A stretch of 33,024 bases of DNA, from the NCBI GenBank assembly GCA_025920305.1, contig JAPDMB010000002.1, forward strand, positions 1-33,024. Direction: 5' to 3'. This document shows, piece after piece, positions 29,629-33,024 of this stretch; the stretch's first letter is position 1, and each line of letters opens with the position of its first letter. A program made the position numbers and the translations under genes. A model generated the notes under the pieces. That model was not told the DNA's origin and ran no database searches. It saw nothing but the letters and a program-made list of their open reading frames with translations. The DNA is from Candidatus Parvarchaeota archaeon. Its GTDB lineage: Archaea > Nanobdellota > Nanobdellia > Parvarchaeales > Parvarchaeaceae.

Positions 29629-29706
29629 AAAGTTTAAATGAAAGTATCATCTTATAAAGATAATCGTCAAGTAATGTTTATAAACTTCTATCTGCTCTTA
29701 TAACTA

Positions 29707-31122
29707 ATGAAAAATATACTCATATTGAGCGCATTGGTTGCGGTTTTCTTCATAAGTGTTGGCTTGGCTAATGCGATTGAGATATCCCCAACGAGCACCA
29801 GCCTGATCAGCAACACTACAAACTTCTTAAACATCTCATTCTATAACCAGCAGAATTATACGGTATCTGTAAATCTGAACATTAACTCTGTCGATGCAAG
29901 ATACGGTGGATTTTTCTACAGCATAAGCGCTAGGCCATCCTCATTTATATTGTCACCTGGTCAGACTCAGAGGGTTTTGTTTTCGTTCTCTACGAGGGAT
30001 GTATTCTACTCAACGCCGACGCCCATAAACATATCATACACAGTGAATGGAACACCGCAGAGCTTTGTCCTAAATGCACCGATACTGCCTCATTCAACTA
30101 AACAGATATACTTCTACAACGTTTCTCTGCCCGCGGAAACCTATCCATATGAGAGCATACCGGTGAATCTTACGATAATAAACAGCTTGGACAGCACCGG
30201 TGTCGTTGTCCCGGTCAACTTCTCTCTTTTCTATGGAAATGGGACGCTGGCTCTCTCAGAGTATAAATCGTTCACGCTTACAAACTTGGGGATAAATTCG
30301 TACTCAGTTTACATCAGACCAAGTGCAATCTCGCCCCCAGGTACGTATACGTTGTCATCCTCGTTAAGCTATAACGGATTCGTATCGACCTTCTCAAGAA
30401 GCATAACGTTTCTTCGGTACTATAAGGTGGTGGTCTCAAGGTCTTCCAGCATAGGGATATTCGGAGGCACTTATTATCTGACTATAAGTAATGAAGGAAA
30501 TGCTCCCTCCAATATAACGAACTATACGCTTTCACCTGGTTCATTGAACAGCTTGCTGATGGTGTCTAAAGGCGCATCGATAGGTTCCGTTGCAGCCGGC
30601 GCCAACGGCCTTTATTCATCTCTAGGGGTGATCTCGCCCGGGCAAACCGTATCGCTTCATTATTCCGTGTCTTACGTGATAATTTACATCATCATACTGA
30701 TAATAATTATCGCTGTCATCCTATTCTTCTATTTCAATAGAAAGGTTGAGGTTGTGAAAGAGGTCGTGAAGCATGAAGCTTCCAGCGGCTTCATAGATGT
30801 AAAGATATCCATTAAGGTCAAAAACGTTTCGAATAAGGCGATAGAGAACATTGATCTGTTTGATATTACGCCGAAAAGTGCGCTCAAAGTCTCGATGATT
30901 GGGCCTAGAGAGGGGGTCATTCAGAAGACCGTAGATGGGCTTAAGCTCCTTTGGAAGGAGAATCGTCTAAATCCCGGCGATGAATTCATCGTCATGTACG
31001 AGTTGAAGAGCAAGATCGGAATAGTAGGAAGCGTACAATTAAATCCAGCTGTATGCAAATTTAAATTAAACGGCAATATTTATAAGAGGAAATCTAATTC
31101 TATAATATTAAATATACGCTGA
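29707..31122 (+). CDS. Membrane-anchored surface glycoprotein (Ig-like domains, single TM, C-terminal Ig-like domain)
   Basis: Signal peptide (…GLANA|IE), many N-x-S/T sequons, TISNEGN Ig motif, TM YVIIYIIILIIIIAVILFFYF followed by NRK. Confidence 0.7.
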   Translation: MKNILILSALVAVFFISVGLANAIEISPTSTSLISNTTNFLNISFYNQQNYTVSVNLNINSVDARYGGFFYSISARPSSFILSPGQTQRVLFSFSTRDVFYSTPTPINISYTVNGTPQSFVLNAPILPHSTKQIYFYNVSLPAETYPYESIPVNLTIINSLDSTGVVVPVNFSLFYGNGTLALSEYKSFTLTNLGINSYSVYIRPSAISPPGTYTLSSSLSYNGFVSTFSRSITFLRYYKVVVSRSSSIGIFGGTYYLTISNEGNAPSNITNYTLSPGSLNSLLMVSKGASIGSVAAGANGLYSSLGVISPGQTVSLHYSVSYVIIYIIILIIIIAVILFFYFNRKVEVVKEVVKHEASSGFIDVKISIKVKNVSNKAIENIDLFDITPKSALKVSMIGPREGVIQKTVDGLKLLWKENRLNPGDEFIVMYELKSKIGIVGSVQLNPAVCKFKLNGNIYKRKSNSIILNIR

Positions 31123-31195
31123 GCCCCGATAATCTAGCGGTCTAGGATACTGCCCTGTCACGGCATAAACGCGGGTCCGAATCCCGCTCGGGGCG
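31123..31195 (+). tRNA. tRNA-Asp(GTC)
   Basis: Acceptor GCCCCGA/TCGGGGC plus G73; anticodon loop CT-GTC-AC (31157-31159); T arm GCGGG-TCCGAAT-CCCGC. Confidence 0.92.
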
Positions 31196-31373
31196 GATGT
31201 ATCTAATAGCAGCTTTAAAATTGAAAAATGCGCCATTATCATTCCAGCGCCGGTTAGAGATTAAACATAGAGACGAAGACACAAAAATAAGAAATTTCCT
31301 GTTCAGGGCGAGCAGAGAGAGCCTGGCTCTACTCATTGAATTGTTATTTATTCTAAAAGATGAATCATATCTA

Positions 31374-32855
31374 ATGAGCTCTAGATTTGTAGCGGCGATA
31401 GATCAAGGTACAACTGGAACTAGATGCGCAATTTTCAATGGATCAGGGAGACTAATCGGCTGGTCTTACAAAAGACATAGGCAGATATATCCAAGGGAGG
31501 GATTTGTTGAGCAGGACCCGATGGAGCTGATCAACAATGTAAGATCTGTTATCAAAGGAGCCATAAAAGATGCAAAGATAGAAGGAAAGCAGATCTCAGC
31601 TTTAGGCGTAGCGAATCAAAGGGAGACGGTAGTCGCATGGGATAAGCGGAGTGGGAGACCCCTCTACAACGCAATATCATGGCAGGATTCAAGAACAAAA
31701 TCTTTTATAGATGAACTGAGGGCGGACGAATTTTCTAAGACTATAAGCGGGAAGACGGGCCTAAGCATAAGCACTTACTTCTCCGCATCAAAGATAAGGT
31801 GGATGATCGATAACGTCCCCAAATTAAGAGATAAGATTAGAGATGGAGACGCTCTGGTCGGAAACGTAGACAGCTGGATGATCTGGAATTTGACCGGCAG
31901 GAGGTCATATGTTACAGACTACACGAATGCGTCTAGGACTATGCTTATGGACCTAAAGAAGCATAGATGGGATAGAGAGCTGCTGGAATTCTTCAAGATA
32001 CCGGAAGAGATCCTGCCAGAGATAAAAACCTCGCTTTCATCCGACGGGCTTGGCCATTTAATGGAGGCGGATCTGCCAGCCGCGCAAATAAACGCAGATC
32101 TAGGGGATCAGCAGGCCGCGCTGTTTGGGGAGAGATGTTTTTCGGAGGGAAACACGAAGATAACCTATGGAACAGGCAGCTTCATACTTCAAAATACTGG
32201 CAAGAAGGTCGTAAAGAATGGGAAAGGGTTGATATCTACATGCGCTTATGGGGAGATCGATGGATCGTGTAGATATGCTCTTGAGGGTTCCACTCAGGTC
32301 GCAGGCGAACTATTTGACTGGCTGATAAGTAAGCTTCGGATGTTTAAATCATTGAAGGATATTAAGCGGAATTTTGACAAAGACTATCAGTCTTCTGTGC
32401 ATATAGTTCCCGCTTTCAACGGCCTCTTCGCCCCCTATTGGGACGATTCAGCGAGAGGGCTGATAATCGGCTTGAACGGCAATTCTAATAAAAAGGATAT
32501 TGTAAGCGCAGCTTACAGGGCCGTATGCATGCAGGTGGATGATATAGTCAGCCTGCTCAAGCCTATAAAGGGGGACATAAAAGTCGACGGAGGCGTTTCA
32601 CGCGACGACGATATGATGCAGCTGCAGGCGGATCTGTTGGAGCGAAAACTGTTAAGATCCGAGATGCAGGAAGCTACTGCCTTCGGCGCAGCGCTGGCCG
32701 CAGGTCTATCATCCGATACTTGGTCGACTGAGGATATTAAGAGTTTCTATCCGGGTGGGAAGGTCTTTTATCCAAAGATGGATGATGAAAAAGTTGGTAA
32801 TATAAAGAGAGACTGGAAAAAAGCCGTTGAGAGATCGCTTCATTGGATTAGTTAA
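31374..32855 (+). CDS. glpK: Glycerol kinase
   Basis: AIDQGTTGTR, NQRETVVAW, WQDSRT, YFSASKIRW, TDYTNASRT, GDQQAALFG, TYGTGSF, YALEGS, VPAFNGLFAPYWD; start at MSSRF (31374). Confidence 0.96.
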   Translation: MSSRFVAAIDQGTTGTRCAIFNGSGRLIGWSYKRHRQIYPREGFVEQDPMELINNVRSVIKGAIKDAKIEGKQISALGVANQRETVVAWDKRSGRPLYNAISWQDSRTKSFIDELRADEFSKTISGKTGLSISTYFSASKIRWMIDNVPKLRDKIRDGDALVGNVDSWMIWNLTGRRSYVTDYTNASRTMLMDLKKHRWDRELLEFFKIPEEILPEIKTSLSSDGLGHLMEADLPAAQINADLGDQQAALFGERCFSEGNTKITYGTGSFILQNTGKKVVKNGKGLISTCAYGEIDGSCRYALEGSTQVAGELFDWLISKLRMFKSLKDIKRNFDKDYQSSVHIVPAFNGLFAPYWDDSARGLIIGLNGNSNKKDIVSAAYRAVCMQVDDIVSLLKPIKGDIKVDGGVSRDDDMMQLQADLLERKLLRSEMQEATAFGAALAAGLSSDTWSTEDIKSFYPGGKVFYPKMDDEKVGNIKRDWKKAVERSLHWIS

Positions 32856-32928
32856 TTTATAGTTACATTATAATAGTTAAGAGTTCAATGTAATAACCTT
32901 TAAATACTACTAACTTTTTATATTCCAC

Positions 32929-33024
32929 ATGCAAAAGCCACAAGAAGAGACGACGTACGTTCCAAAGCGTTCGATTGTAACCACTCTCTCTGCGATGGGC
33001 TATTTCCTAGACGGCTACGATTTA
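32929..33024 (+). CDS. MFS transporter, N-terminus (partial, runs off window end)
   Basis: MQKPQEETTYVPKRSIVTTLSAMGYFLDGYDL; G.FLDGYDL is the TM1 motif of sugar-porter-like MFS carriers; TTTAAATA at 32899-32906. Confidence 0.75.
   Translation, partial: MQKPQEETTYVPKRSIVTTLSAMGYFLDGYDL

Noticed and set aside
31197..31373. 59-aa N-terminal extension of glycerol kinase in the ORF track
   Set aside because: Begins 1 nt after tRNA-Asp and has no domain character; GlpK homology starts at MSSRF (31374).

Overview
Gene-dense archaeal chromosome segment. The highly divergent archaeal 16S rRNA, unlinked rRNA genes, tRNAs abutting CDSs and bacterial-type grpE-dnaK-dnaJ point to a small-genome DPANN lineage, possibly Parvarchaeota/ARMAN-like (inference, not a database result). 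Housekeeping content: gatC (partial), glnA, rps13-rps4-rps11-rpoD, rpl21e-rpoF-DUF655, sod, aIF-1A, nrdJ, rpoL, sec11, a glycogen-debranching enzyme, grpE-dnaK-dnaJ, two glycosyltransferases, glpK and the start of an MFS transporter. RNA genes: a stand-alone 16S rRNA, a separate 5S rRNA heading the S13 operon, and tRNA-Leu(AAG), intron-containing tRNA-Trp(CCA) and tRNA-Asp(GTC). The best candidate for an undescribed system is a tightly coupled 4-gene operon (5354 to 1697, minus strand): lid-less EhpF-like adenylating enzyme, KaiC-like ATPase, V4R protein and PaaK/F390-synthetase-like ligase, which could be a small-molecule make-and-sense signalling module. Other oddities are an A34 tRNA-Leu, substitutions at near-universal P-site 16S positions, a 16S processing stem without a BHB motif, and an orphan gene pair with a possible stand-alone CDC48 N-domain. 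No CRISPR array, transposase or integrase was seen.
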